A stretch of DNA of 63,367 nt, filler included, from Octopus bimaculoides (GCF_001194135.2; 6 parts of 5 records of this genome joined end to end with filler, not necessarily neighbours in it); one strand, 5' to 3'; positions 41,271 to 55,765 are shown, numbered from the whole stretch's first letter. Program-made: numbers and translations. The notes: generated by a model not told the origin, from the letters alone.

Positions 41271-43632
41271 TACATACATACATACATAAAACATACATGC
41301 ATATATACACACACATATATATATATACATAGGATCACGAGCGTGTGCACATATTTTACTTCTGATTATATCATTAATACATACATTGAGGCTATATTTG
41401 ACATCTTAACAAATACGCACACATATATGTAAATAAATACATACACCCACGCACACACACACAGACACACACGCACACATATCAGTTTCATTAGAAATAC
41501 ATGCATTTCATTTCATTTTCTACCTTCAGCTTTTACAGTGCCGTAAGCGGTCGGTGGGTGAGAGTTAAGATAAAATAGTGGTCCATTATGGCGTTTTAAT
41601 ATCATATCGTTAGCTGCGTCCTCTACCACATTTCTTTTTCCTACCACGCCTGTATGTGAGCGCGCATATGTTTGGTGGATTTTTTTTTTTTTTGCCATAG
41701 ATATTTCTGTTTTAAATTGAATAGAATTTTTTCCTCATGCTTATTATTTTGCCTGTCTTTTATCCTTTGATTTTCAAAGTCTTCTTCTCAAACACATCAT
41801 CTCCATAATCACCCTAATTAGTCTCATTATTTCTATCCTTATATATCCCTGTATCTTTCTGTAAAAATATCCGTGTGCTTCGTGATTTCACAAAATGTCA
41901 TTCTCCGAGAAATTATAATGATTAATTGATGAATACGCAACAACGAAACGAAAATATATAATAAATTCATGAACATTCTAAAACGAAAATTGGAATAGAA
42001 TGCGAAGTTAGGTCTTATACATACATACATATATACATAGTAATATGTATACTATAAACACAGGCGCTCATGCACATACCACGTAATTGCATATGCATAT
42101 ATGTATATATATGCATATATCTTTATACGCATATATATTTATAATACGTGTACATGTATATATACACATATATAAATAAATACATATATATTTTTACATA
42201 TATATATAGACAAATATANNNNNNNNNNNNNNNNNNNNNNNNNNNNNNNNNNNNNNNNNNNNNNNNNNNNNNNNNNNNNNNNNNNNNNNNNNNNNNNNNN
42301 NNNNNNNNNNNNNNNNNNNNNNNNNNNNNNNNNNNNNNNNNNNNNNNNNNNNNNNNNNNNNNNNNNNNNNNNNNNNNNNNNNNNNNNNNNNNNNNNNNNN
42401 NNNNNNNNNNNNNNNNNNNNNNNNNNNNNNNNNNNNNNNNNNNNNNNNNNNNNNNNNNNNNNNNNNNNNNNNNNNNNNNNNNNNNNNNNNNNNNNNNNNN
42501 NNNNNNNNNNNNNNNNNNNNNNNNNNNNNNNNNNNNNNNNNNNNNNNNNNNNNNNNNNNNNNNNNNNNNNNNNNNNNNNNNNNNNNNNNNNNNNNNNNNN
42601 NNNNNNNNNNNNNNNNNNNNNNNNNNNNNNNNNNNNNNNNNNNNNNNNNNNNNNNNNNNNNNNNNNNNNNNNNNNNNNNNNNNNNNAATATAAATACCTA
42701 TGAATATTCAAATGATGTAAAAGCGAAATTGCAGATAATGATTCAAGTAAAAGTTAGGGTTTATCGGGACCGATATATTAAAGCAAGGAAAATGGATATC
42801 TATCGAAATAAAAACACGTACTATTTAATAACCAAATGTTCCTAGATTATATTCATATGTATGGAAATCCCATTTGTGTTTCAAGCATTTCCAATCCTCA
42901 CTGAATTTATCCGCGAACACAATAATAGCAACAATAAGAGAAAATGAAGCAGATGTTTCGATGCGATACTAGGAATCACATTAACATAAAAACATGATAT
43001 TGATAACGAAGATGATTATGATCATAAAAATAATAGTAGTAGTAGGAGCAGTAATAATAATAATAATAATAACAATGATAGTAATAATAATATATATGTA
43101 GCCCACCCAAATGCTTTAACCATGACCTTGCAATTTCTCAAATTAAATTGAGGAATCAAGAACGGTGATATCTAAAAATGCATGCATGCTTACGTACACA
43201 CACCCTCACACACACGCAGATTAACACACACACACACACACACACACACATTCTACTGACTGACAATATCTAAGCGAACGAGTGAGTATTAAATACAAAA
43301 ACCTTCAGAATTCTCTGTAAATGACTTTTAGAAACACACGTGCGTGTTATTTAGATGAAGTATTGCGTATGTACAGGAGAAAATTCGAGAATTTCGACAA
43401 ATGTGTGATAAGTTCAAATGACGTATTTAAATAGCTGGCATTTGGTTCTGGTAGATATTCTGTAGATGTTTTACTGAGACAAGAAGAAATAGTAGACAAC
43501 AGAAATCCACAATCTCTCTCTATCTCTGTTTCTCTCTGTACATATATACATATCTGTGTGTGTGCGTATGCATGTATCTATATATCTATAGATAAAAACA
43601 TATATGTATATATGTACATATATGTATATACA

Positions 43633-43681
<49 letters not shown>

Positions 43682-43684
43682 TTC

Positions 43685-44880
43685 TAGTCTTCTATATGTT
43701 TCAGCCCTGAGGCTGCGGCTATGTTGGAGCACCACCATTGTAATCACCTTTTAATTGGCCAATTCTATGGTTTTGGCGTCTGGTGAAGGATCGAGCTTGA
43801 TACCGCTGCTCTGTTTTGGCTGTCTTCTCCTGATATTGGTTCATCTGGGACCCTGGGTAGTAAGTGGTCAAGTTGTTTCTTGAAAACATCTACTCCCACT
43901 CCATGGAGTTCCCTCAGATGTTTTGGTAAGGAGTTAAATAGATATGAGCCCTTGAATCTCAAGCCTCTGAAGTACATGGTCCTCATCCTGGATGAGACAG
44001 CTGCGAATTTCGGAACACTGCAGTGACGTCCATTTCGAGTTGCATCAGTACGGTACAAAATAGGGCCGCTACTTGAAGAAAATGGCAGTCGGTGAGCCAT
44101 TTCCTTCAAGTAGCGGCCCTATTTTGCACCGTACTAATGCAGCTTCTTTTGCATATCTATAGAAGGGTTTGTCTTAATATTTTTGACAGCCCTGGCCTCC
44201 TTTCCTGCCCTCTCCGTTTCATGAGAGCGTTTGAGTTCATTTTCGATCTCGAGCAATGTTCGCTTGAGGTAGGATCGTTTGTTATCCTTTAGTGACCCAT
44301 TTAGACGATTTGAGATTTTTCCTCGTCGTCTCATTAGAATCCTCCTATGCCTGGGTATTATATTTTTCTGCTGGCTTGGCATTCTCCCTGGAGCAAACTT
44401 AGTGCAGATATCATGCATGATTGTCATAAAGTGTTGTAACTTTATGTCAATGTCTTCTGTAGAGAGACTTACAGACCAGTTATATCCAATGACCTCTTTC
44501 CCGAAACTCTTCCACTCAGCTTTCTGCAAGTTCAGGCTGGATAGGATTTGGGTGATTCTAGTAGCCTGCATATCTGTGGTTTTCCGCAGGCCATAAATTG
44601 TTAGTTCTATTAAGTTATGGTCCGAGAAAATCTTCGGTGTCACCCCAACATTATGGATGAGCGCTGTATTTGTGAAATAGACGTCCAGGACATTTTCCCC
44701 CTTGCTGGGTGGAGCACTATTTGCTCCATAAAGAGCATGTTAGTGAGGTTAAGCAGAGATTCTGCCTGCTTCAGGCCATGCAGTAGCATAACCTCAGAGA
44801 ATGTAGCCCTCAGGCCATTTGACGCAAGGGAGGTTGAAATTCCCTAAAATAAGTATGTGCAGACTGTCATTCAGGCTGGT
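43685..44880 (-). mobile_element. Internally deleted CR1 LINE: APE endonuclease C-terminus joined to ORF2 C-terminus, RT missing
   Basis: ILGNFNLP..NVLDVYFTN..PKIFSDHNLIEL, linker, then GRHCSVPK..FKGSYLFNSLPKHLR..PDEP. Confidence 0.88.
44047..44135. repeat. 40-bp inverted repeat (38/40) with 9-nt loop at the CR1 deletion junction
   Basis: Arms 44047-44086 and 44096-44135. Confidence 0.95.
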
Positions 44881-45114
44881 TATATACACACACAAACACA
44901 TATATATGCTACCAATACTTAGGCAGAGATATACACATTGAGATATATATATATATATATATATATATANNNNNNNNNNNNNNNNNNNNNNNNNNNNNNN
45001 NNNNNNNNNNNNNNNNNNNNNNNNNNNNNNNNNNNNNNNNNNNNNNNNNNNNNNNNNNNNNNNNNNNNNNNNNNNNNNNNNNNNNNNNNNNNNNNNNNNN
45101 NNNNNNNNNNNNNN

Positions 45115-45154
<40 letters not shown>

Positions 45155-46539
45155 AGAGAGAGGAATGAATTTGTAGCAATATATTGAAGGATTTAATATC
45201 AGAATATATTGAATATATGATATCCGCAACTAATATAGACGAAGAGCATATTTTTTAGCCAATGTTTCATTTCTGATGGCATTTTTAACAGCATTTGTAA
45301 TGATTTTTATTGTTGTTGTTTTTCACCGGCTTTTTCTTGGCAATTTAGCTGCTGTTATTTTATGATCAGTATTGTTATAATCGTTACGTTGGTGGTGAAG
45401 TTTATGACTGATGAATATATTAATAATATGCAAGTTGGCTTTTGTGTGTGTGTGTGTGTCTGTGAACGTATTTTTGAATGCAATTACATGAGCATGTATT
45501 ACAGATGTACGCATGTGAGCGAGGACATCTTCATTGTCCTCTCATTTCCTTTCAACAGCTGTAAATACACATTCATAAAAAGTAAAATAATCTTGTACAT
45601 AAAAGTTTTATATTCATATATTCCTATTGTACAAATACTAAAGTATAATCAAGCTTGATTATCTATTCAGATTTTAATGTTCGATACACACTACAAAGGA
45701 AAACAAAGCTAAATCGTACACTCAGACTTTTATATTCCATAAAACTTTAAAGAAAAAGCCAACTAAATTACAACCTCAAAAATTCATATTTCATTAAACT
45801 TAACACATAATCCGTGGTAAATTACTAACTCAAGTATTCATATTGTCCAGACTATAAAGTAAACTCTAAGTTATATATTACATCCAAATATTCGTATTAT
45901 ACTAGAAAGAAAATAATTTCATGCTAAATAGTTAAGTCACACGCACTTAGAGCAGAGATACTCGTATAGAACCGGGCCTAAATTTTTCCCTTCGATAAGA
46001 ACACCGTAGATAGGAACTAACATAAAATATCTTGATATACAAATCAAATGTTTTAGAAATTATCCATACAGCCGCTACCGAATATAAAGTAGCTAGGCTT
46101 CAGTTAAGATTTGATTTAAAGCTCTCGTAATTTTCTTGTGCAGAGCCGCGAAGTAGTGAACTTCCGTATAAGAGAAAGTATATGGCTCGACCAATCAGCA
46201 CTTGCTGGTTAATTATTTTTTTTATGTTTAAGGCGCAAATGTCATAGAAAATATACAAGTTTTTTCGCCAAACAGTTTGGCCGACGATTCTAGAAGTGTG
46301 GTAAATCATAAAAATTGGGAAATTCAATATCAGATCAGAGAGCCTTTGGCAATGTGCAGGAATCTGTTTCGATTGTCTCATTCCTCATTGCCTCATTCGT
46401 TATCTTTTATCTTACGTAACCTGGTTGCATCGTACTGAACAAAATTCACACATCTTTAATTGCAATGTCATGTAACATTTATCAATTAGTTGCATTGAAT
46501 TAAATTTCTTGAACTACTTTCATAACATTATTTAACAAG

Positions 46540-46822
46540 TCGGAGTGGCTGTGTGGTAAGTAGCTTGCTTACCAACCACATGGTTCTGGATTCAGTCCCA
46601 CTGCGGGGCACCTTGGGCAAGTGTCTTCTACTATAGCCTCGGGCCGACCAAAGACTTGTGAGTGGACTTCGTAGACGGAAACTGAAAGAAGCCCGTCGTT
46701 TTTATATATNNNNNNNNNNNNNNNNNNNNNNNNNNNNNNNNNNNNNNNNNNNNNNNNNNNNNNNNNNNNNNNNNNNNNNNNNNNNNNNNNNNNNNNNNNN
46801 NNNNNNNNNNNNNNNTATATGT

Positions 46823-46854
<32 letters not shown>

Positions 46855-47075
46855 TTGTGCGTGCGTTTGTGTGTTTGTGTTTGCCACCCAGCATCGCTTG
46901 ACAACCGATGTTGGTGTGTTTACGTCCCCGTAACCTAGCGGTTCTGCAAAATTGACCGTTAGAATAAGTACTAGGCTTCCAAAGAATAAGTCCTGGGGCC
47001 GATTTACTCGACTAAAAGGCGGTGCTCCAACATGGCTACAGTTAGATGACTGAAATAAGTAAAAGAGGAAAAGAG
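46540..47075 (+). mobile_element. SINE family A
   Basis: Full match; N gap 46710-46815 within the internal microsatellite. Confidence 0.92.
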
Positions 47076-47707
47076 AGAGTAAGTCATATAGAGAAGATTG
47101 AGAAGATTCCAAAACGTGATTTTCTTTGAATTTTTAGTCTGTTAACTTATTCGATGTACATTTGTAAAGAAATCAGTGCAGGTTCATAGATGTTCGACAT
47201 CACAACTCAAATTTAGAATAGTAATTGTATATATGCGCGAACTATCTCAAGTTGTAAACAACCTAATATAAATAGATGAAGAGGCCCTACCGATATAAAC
47301 ATCCCGAACATTTCGAGGGAGTTTTCGATGGCGAAATCAGAACACCAACTTATGTTTAACATTTCATATGCTGAATCAGTTTTCTAGATATTACAAAAAC
47401 TAGAGTTAGGTATAACATTGAACCTTGTTCCAAACATACCTTTTATTTGGGATGCGTAATATTTTCCGAAATTTTAGCGAAGATGGAAAGTAACAAATTA
47501 TCGCTGACAACCACCTTATTATTTCTGGTCTAAATTTTGAAACAGACTGGTTAAAATAGCTATTTCCACATATTGGATTTTCCACATTTTATAATATATG
47601 AAAATGTTATGAAAACTGCATCTATTTATTTACAGCCAACACAATTACAGTAGCTATATTCACTTTCCAAGATTTCTTTTTGGTATTTATGAAATATATA
47701 CTACTAA

Positions 47708-47787
47708 TGGCGTAGGACTGGCTATGTGATAAATGGCTTGCTTACAAACCACATGGTTCCAGGTTCAGTCCCACTACGTGGCACCTT
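47708..47787 (+). mobile_element. SINE family A head fragment
   Basis: GGCGTAGGACTGGCTATGTG..GGTTCAGTCCCACTACGTGGCACCTT. Confidence 0.8.
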
Positions 47788-47934
47788 TATCTTATATACC
47801 AGCCGAGCCAACATTGCGGAAGGAGACGACACAAAGAATAGTAGTTACCCCTAACTCGCTACTTAAACAAAAGCTGTAAAAAAAGGATCCCAAACACACT
47901 GTAAGGCGGTGTTCGAATATGTCCCCAGTCTCTA

Positions 47935-48216
47935 TCTGAGACCGCTAAGTTACGGGGACGTAAACACACCACCATCGGTTGTCAAGCGATGTTGGGTGGA
48001 CAAACACAGACACACAAACATATACACAAATATACATATACATATACATGTATCCGACGGGCTTCTTTCAGTTTCCGTCTACCAAATTCACTCACAACGC
48101 TTTGGTCGGCCCGAGGCTATAGTAGAAGTCACTTGCCCAAGGTGCCACGCAGTGGGACTGAGCCCGGAACCATGTGATTGGTAAGCAAGCTACTTACCAC
48201 ACAGCCACTCCTACGC
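47935..48216 (-). mobile_element. SINE family A, 3'-truncated
   Basis: Reverse-complement match of head to mid-body. Confidence 0.9.
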
Positions 48217-49373
48217 ATATATATATAGAGAGAGATAATAAGGTTGAAATATTCCTCAGAAGGCCGATAAAAGCACAAACAGAAAATTCACTCACAAGAC
48301 TATGATATACTCTTTCCTCGTCAGTTAGCAACCAAGAATCTTAACAAGTTCACGTGTTTGTGTCTATGCGTGCATTATATATTTAAGTATAATGAACAAC
48401 AAGAAAATGTATATTACATGACGTTGGATAAAATATCTAATATAATGATCCGACGCAAAGTTTCACTTCGTACTTCATCGGGGTATTAAACTCGAGAATT
48501 ATTTAAGCAAGTTGTTACTATACATGAAGCCGTCAAGTCAGCACGATTCTCTTGGGTAAAGGCTAAATGAATAATTGTTTTATTAGGAACCGAAAGCAGC
48601 AAAAAATACGTTTAATAGAAAAGGCGTTCATAAAAATTCTCTCGTGTAAAATATCTGCAAGCGATTAACAATTTTAGTGTGGTCTAAATCCTGGGGAATA
48701 TACAGTAACTCTATCTCGTGCTATAATCGATGTTGCAGCTAGTCGATACGCTAATGCTTCGTGCAAGATGTGCTGTATTGTAAACAAGTAGCAAATGTTT
48801 CGTCCACATTTCTTAGACAATAGATTTATTTAAATATGTTACAATTTAACATTTAAATAGACTGAAAAACAACAGAATCTATATTTCAAGGTTTCAAACG
48901 AAATACTTATAAAATAAATCTTCCGATATTTTGTTCAATATCAAGTGAATATAAAATGTGTTTTTTCCCAGTATCGACAAATATATAATGAAGGAGATTT
49001 AAGTCGTTCTATTGTCTACGAAATGTTTACAACTTGTTTACAAATGCGAGCACTCTCTATTAAGTTTTATCTTATGTACGGAATAGATGCAATGTTTATC
49101 TATAGAGGTACAATTAGGATATACACATATCTATATACGCATGAGCGAACCTAGATATGCACAAACATATATAAATATTCACTGTTATATGCGTATACAC
49201 ACACACTTTCACGCATATATATATATGTATGTAGCAACAAAGAGAAAGACAAATATCCTTCACAACAGAATAAGTGGAATAATATGAACGATTATATATC
49301 ATATCTGTACACACACACACACACACACATACACACACACACACAAAGACACACACACACACACACATACACA

Positions 49374-49416
<43 letters not shown>

Positions 49417-50029
49417 ACACACAAAAGTCATGCGTCGTGAAATCAACTTGTGTTCAAGTATGACCACTTCTCTTCTTGGAAAATTGTACATTTATCCGGT
49501 GACACCACAAATTCTTGATAAGACAGTACAACAGCTAACTGCGGATTGGCTGGCATTTCCAAGAATTTGGAAATTCTTTGCTCAGTTTATATCTTTTAAA
49601 TCCTTCCTGATTAATAGGAGAGAACTTATATCCCTAGAAACAGGTGTTTAGTTGTTGTATGTGCTGCTCACATCTCTTCGACATATTGGAAACGAAGCGA
49701 CCAATATGCCACGCTAGCAAAATGCTGATATTCTACTTAATAATTCCCCTTGTCTAGTCCCAATCCTCGAAAGAGCTTTTCTTTCTTTTATGAGTTTTCT
49801 AAAATTATTTTCTCCATGACATTAGTTGTAATAAGAGTGAGTGAAACACATCGAATTGCTCTCATGTTTCAGATATATCAGCTACCCTCCCAGTCAGCCA
49901 GTGTTGTTTGGGGAAAAATTGAACCTCATTTAAGCAATAATATATATATGTATGTACATACATGATGACTTTTACCTGTGATTACCATATTAGTTCTCCG
50001 AGCATTTAATAACTCTGGTCCTACCGGTA

Positions 50030-50280
50030 TTCTCTTTTACTCTTTTACTTGTTTCAGTCATTTGACTGTGGCCATGCTGGAGCACCGCCTTTAGTCGAGC
50101 AAATCGACCCCAGGACTTGTTCTTTGGAAGTCTAGTACTTATTCTATCGGTCTCTTTTGCCGAAGCGCTAAGTTACGGGGACGTAAACGCACCAGTATCG
50201 GTTGTCAAGCGATGTTGGGGGACAAACACAGACACACAAACATATACATACACACACACACAGACGCACACACACACATA

Positions 50281-50350
<70 letters not shown>

Positions 50351-50516
50351 TACGACGGGGTTCTTTCAGTTTCCATCTACCAGATCCACCCACAAGGCTT
50401 TGGTCGACCCGAGGCTATAGTAGAAAACACTTGCTCAAGGTGCCATGCGGTGGGACTGAACCCGGAACCATGTGGTTTGTAAGCAAGCTATTTACCACAG
50501 AGCAACTCCTACACCT
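50030..50516 (-). mobile_element. SINE family A, full length
   Basis: Reverse-complement match including (AAAAGAGT)n-like tail. Confidence 0.92.
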
Positions 50517-51004
50517 ATGTGTGGAGAATCAGGAAAATCGACCTTCAAGAATATTATTTGTTTTTTGCTTCGCACCATTACCACACGGCATTGATATAAA
50601 TGTGTTATTAACGATCAACTCATACAAATAGTTTAATTGCAGTAAATTATGAACGACCAACTCCATGATAAACAAATTTCTCGCCTTCAGCATGTGTATT
50701 GAACTGAAGGACTGTATGTCACATGTCAGACAACCCGACACACGGCAGGGAATACAGAGTTGTAAAACTCTGACGAATCTGTTCTGCTTTGCATGCCCTA
50801 CCTGATGTGTGTGTAGCGGAGAAATATATACGCTTCGGTGACAAATTGCCGATAAATCTGCAGTCCTGAACAAAATTCATTGTAGTAGTATCCATCTCAC
50901 GTTGCATATAAATTACTTTGTCAATCTCTCCTTTCAACAATTCACTGGACATTTGGAAACATATTACAAAAGCTGTTGTTGGTCACAAACGTATAAATAT
51001 AATC

Positions 51005-51204
51005 ATTTCTATTATAAGCACAAAACCTGGAATTTAGGGGAAGGGGCTTTCCGATTATATCGACCCCAGTTATTGATATGTACTTGATTTATAGACGCCG
51101 CAATGATGAAAAGCAAAGTCGACCTTCGGCAGAATTTGAACTCAGACGAAATACTGGGTAGCATTTTGCCCGGCGTGCTAACGATTCTGTTAGCTCACTG
51201 CCTT
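51005..51204 (-). mobile_element. SINE family E
   Basis: GCAAAGTCGACCTTCGGCAGAATTTGAACTCAG..GCCCGGCGTGCTAACG. Confidence 0.8.
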
Positions 51205-51971
51205 ACATACGTATATTATAGGAAAAATACAAATAATTCTGTCGGATAATCAAAGTGGAAGCTGGTAGAAGAGTTTGAGAAGTTTATTTCTCGTGAGGAC
51301 TGAACAACGTAAAGTTTTGGGCTCATAATCGTAGTCTGAAAATGAAGAAGATAAACTGAAGAAGAGAGTTTGATGGATCTATAGATCAGTCAATGAAATA
51401 GAAAATATATAACGACTATGTACTGTACACGTTGTCATACAGATAAAAGATAACTGGTTAAGATTTTGACTGAAACAGACGATGTATCTTTACATGTGAA
51501 TAGAAAAAAATTAATTCCAGCTTGTTTATCGTTAAAACCTCTTGCAGTCATTTCACTATTGATGGATCTCATAAGTAGCGATTAGGCAAAGATGTTTTTG
51601 CACGCAAATAGAGAGAAATGGGAAGCTGATATTATCTACATAGCATTAAAAACGTTATTATTTTATTAATTTTTTTCGTCTCTTTAACATTGTTTGAGTT
51701 TATCGGCCTTACAGTTGGTTTGATGTGATACTGACACTAGAAATGATTGGCGGAGAGATAAAATAAATGTCTTCAAATAATTTTCTTCGTCTTATCTAAA
51801 AAAAAAAAAAAATTCTCTGCCGATTTTTCTATCTGAGGTTTTATGTATTTCTTTTTAGCTTTCAAAATTGATTTTCGCTTGTAAACAGAAATACTAATAA
51901 ATCAGGCGAATGCTGATATTAATGATAATAATAAGTTACCGATCAATACAACTACTAACAATAATAATAAC

Positions 51972-52011
<40 letters not shown>

Positions 52012-52311
52012 TATCCAGATCAATAATAATAATGATAATAAAATTGATTTCCTGCATTTGCCAGAATGGCGACGGATGAGAGGATATTGAAACAGTGGTG
52101 ATTTACACAGAGATGATTGTGAAAGAAAATCGGACGTGATAAATGAATTCTACGAAATACATGAAATGAAACGTCTCGATATATGAGAAACCTTCTTTTC
52201 GAAGGAATTTTTAATAACAAGTCTTCTGTTGCATCCACAATCTTCATGCGAAGGCGGACGCTATCAAAGGCTTCCTTTTTCCAGAAATGCCAAGTACGAG
52301 CAAGGAACTTC

Positions 52312-52460
52312 ATACATTATTTACATTATTTACATTTGACGGACATTTGTCCTCATCTTGTTTGTTGTTAACACGTTTCGGCAGATATACCCTCCAGCTT
52401 TCATCATCAGGTGACTTGGGGAAATTTCGAACCTGGGTTCGCATTCCTAAGGTATTTTTC
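52312..52460 (-). mobile_element. Family H1 3' part with decayed hammerhead at 52368-52415
   Basis: Minus strand ..CCCCAAGTCAC-CTGATGA-TGAAAGCTGGAGGGTATATCTGCC-GAAACGT-GTTAAC..AAATGTAAATAATGTAAATAATGT. Confidence 0.8.
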
Positions 52461-52513
52461 GCTGTTACTATTATTATTATTATTATTAATATTATTATTA
52501 TTATTAATGTTTG

Positions 52514-52558
<45 letters not shown>

Positions 52559-53552
52559 NNNNNNNNNNNNNNNNNNNNNNNNNNNNNNNNNNNNNNNNNN
52601 NNNNNNNNNNNNNNNNNNNNNNNNNNNNNNNNNNNNNNNNNNNNNNNNNNNNNNNNNNNNNNNNNNNNNNNNNNNNNNNNNNNNNNNNNNNNNNNNNNNN
52701 NNNNNNNNNNNNNNNNNNNNNNNNNNNNNNNNNNNNNNNNNNNNNNNNNNNNNNNNNNNNNNNNNNNNNNNNNNNNNNNNNNNNNNNNNNNNNNNNNNNN
52801 NNNNNNNNNNNNNNNNNNNNNNNNNNNNNNNNNNNNNNNNNNNNNNNNNNNNNNNNNNNNNNNNNNNNNNNNNNNNNNNNNNNNNNNNNNNNNNNNNNNN
52901 NNNNNNNNNNNNNNNNNNNNNNNNNNNNNNNNNNNNNNNNNNNNNNNNNNNNNNNNNNNNNNNNNNNNNNNNNNNNNNNNNNNNNNNNNNNNNNNNNNNN
53001 NNNNNNNNNNNNNNNNNNNNNNNNNNNNNNNNNNNNNNNNNNNNNNNNNNNNNNNNNNNNNNNNNNNNNNNNNNNNNNNNNNNNNNNNNNNNNNNNNNNN
53101 NNNNNNNNNNNNNNNNNNNNNNNNNNNNNNNNNNNNNNNNNNNNNNNNNNNNNNNNNNNNNNNNNNNNNNNNNNNNNNNNNNNNNNNNNNNNNNNNNNNN
53201 NNNNNNNNNNNNNNNNNNNNNNNNNNNNNNNNNNNNNNNNNNNNNNNNNNNNNNNNNNNNNNNNNNNNNNNNNNNNNNNNNNNNNNNNNNNNNNNNNNNN
53301 NNNNNNNNNNNNNNNNNNNNNNNNNNNNNNNNNNNNNNNNNNNNNNNNNNNNNNNNNNNNNNNNNNNNNNNNNNNNNNNNNNNNNNNNNNNNNNNNNNNN
53401 NNNNNNNNNNNNNNNNNNNNNNNNNNNNNNNNNNNNNNNNNNNNNNNNNNNNNNNNNNNNNNNNNNNNNNNNNNNNNNNNNNNNNNNNNNNNNNNNNNNN
53501 NNNNNNNNNNNNNNNNNNNNNNNNNNNNNNNNNNNNNNNNNNNNNNNNNNNN

Positions 53553-55765
53553 CAAAATCCTAGATTGATGCCCTCTTGGCTAGTTAATGGTTTAACATTC
53601 CTGCTTCCAAAAAATGAGGAAACACACGAACCAAAAAATTATCGACCCATAACCTGCTTAACAACAATATATAAGACGCAACATCCGTCCTAACTGAGTA
53701 TACCTATAGTTTTTTAATAGAAAGTAGTATATTCCCTAATGAGCAAAAGGGATGTAAACGTGGATCTTATGGTTGTAAAGATCAGCTACTCATCAATAAG
53801 ATGATCTTAGAAGATTGTCACAAACGACACAAAAACTTGTCAATAGCCTGGATATACTATAAAAAGGCCTTTGATAGCCTACCACATAGCTGGATTAGGA
53901 AATGTCTGGAAATGTATAAAATAGCCCCTACTCTGCGAAACTTTTTATCTGTAAGCATGAGATCATGGAGAAACACACTGACGTTGAACAATGACAATGA
54001 ATCGCTAAATGCTGGAGATGTAAGAATTTCATGTGGCATTTTCCAGGGTGACTCACTATCACCACTCCTATTCTGCCTAGCCTTAATACCTCTCTCAAAA
54101 TTTCTCAATGATGCACAGTATGGTTATAAAATATTTGATAAAAATATAAATCATCTCATTTACATGGATGATTTAAAGCTTTTTGCAGAGAATGACAAAC
54201 AACTCAAAGGCCTACTAGCAAGTGTTAAAGAATTCAGTGATGACATCAGGATGCAATTTGACCTTGCTAAATGTGCAAAAGCTACCTTTATCAAAGGAAA
54301 AATGACAAAAAAACATCTAATGTGACACTAGAACAGCAAAATGTCATAAAAGAGTTAGAACAAGCGGAGAGCTACAAATACCTAGGGGTAATTGAAGGGG
54401 ACAATATCAAGCATTCAGTGATGAGGGGAAAGGATCAGAAGAGAATGTTATCGCAGGGTGAGAGCAATACTGAAGACAGAGCTAAACGCAAGAAACAGGA
54501 TCGAAGCGATCAATGCTCTAGCCATACCAGTCGTGACTTACAGTTTCAATATCGTTAACTGGTCAATTACTGAAATATGTAATGTTGACAGAAAAATACG
54601 AAAACTGTTGACAATGCATAGAATGCACCACCCTAAGGCAGATATAGAACGTCTTTATCTGCCAAGAAAAGAGGGAGGCCGTGGACTTCTACAGCTGGCA
54701 TTAACAATGAANNNNNNNNNNNNNNNNNNNNNNNNNNNNNNNNNNNNNNNNNNNNNNNNNNNNNNNNNNNNNNNNNNNNNNNNNNNNNNNNNNNNNNNNN
54801 NNNNNNNNNNNNNNNNNNNNNNNNNNNNNNNNNNNNNNNNNNNNNNNNNNNNNNNNNNNNNNNNNNNNNNNNNNNNNNNNNNNNNNNNNNNNNNNNNNNN
54901 NNNNNNNNNNNNNNNNNNNNNNNNNNNNNNNNNNNNNNNNNNNNNNNNNNNNNNNNNNNNNNNNNNNNNNNNNNNNNNNNNNNNNNNNNNNNNNNNNNNN
55001 NNNNNNNNNNNNNNNNNNNNNNNNNNNNNNNNNNNNNNNNNNNNNNNNNNNNNNNNNNNNNNNNNNNNNNNNNNNNNNNNNNNNNNNNNNNNNNNNNNNN
55101 NNNNNNNNNNNNNNNNNNNNNNNNNNNNNNNNNNNNNNNNNNNNNNNNNNNNNNNNNNATATTCACTGGGTAATATGCAAAAACCTGGACTTGCCCCATG
55201 ATAAAAACTGGTAGGAACACAAACCACCCCAGTACTTGAAAATGATCACATCGCACTCCTCTGGAACTTCACTATTCAAACTGACAGAAAGATATATGCA
55301 AATAGGCCAGACATCATACTGAAAGACTTCAGACAAAAATCATGCCTCCTCATTGATTTGACTGTCCCAATTGATATAAACGTATCTGTCAAGACCTACC
55401 AAAAACTGAGCAAATACAAAGATCTTGAAACAGAAATTAGCAAAATGTGGAACCTGAAGACTAAAACAATACCTATTGTCATAGGTGACCTGGAAATGAC
55501 AGCGAAACGGGCTGATAACTACCTAGCTCAGATACCCGGAAACCCCAAAATGGCTGAAGTTCAAAAGATAGTGCTCATGGGAACTGCCCATATCCTACGT
55601 AAAATACTGTCTATGTGATCTCAAATTTGAAAACAAACACAATCCAAATATATGGTACCCTAGGCATACCACCTATATGATCTTCTAACTTGTTGTCTCT
55701 TGTGGTCTCTGGGTGAGACTTGGACCCAACTTGTACAAATGCAAAGCAAAGGTCTAACATAAGAT
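53553..55765 (+). mobile_element. R4/Dong-like RLE retrotransposon with RT, gapped and frameshifted
   Basis: KNYRPITCL, KKAFDSLPHSW, GIFQGDSLSPLLF, YMDDLKLF, YKYLG, RLYLPRKEGGRGL, ANRPDI, GTAHILRKILSM; same family as 23377-24630. Confidence 0.93.

Noticed and set aside
46130-46210. CTTCCG and CCAATCAG as a promoter
   Set aside because: Short motifs expected by chance; no downstream gene evident
50719-50952. LLKGEIDKVIYMQ resembling the Copia RT motif FLNGELEEEIYM
   Set aside because: Single short motif, no other RT motifs or LTRs
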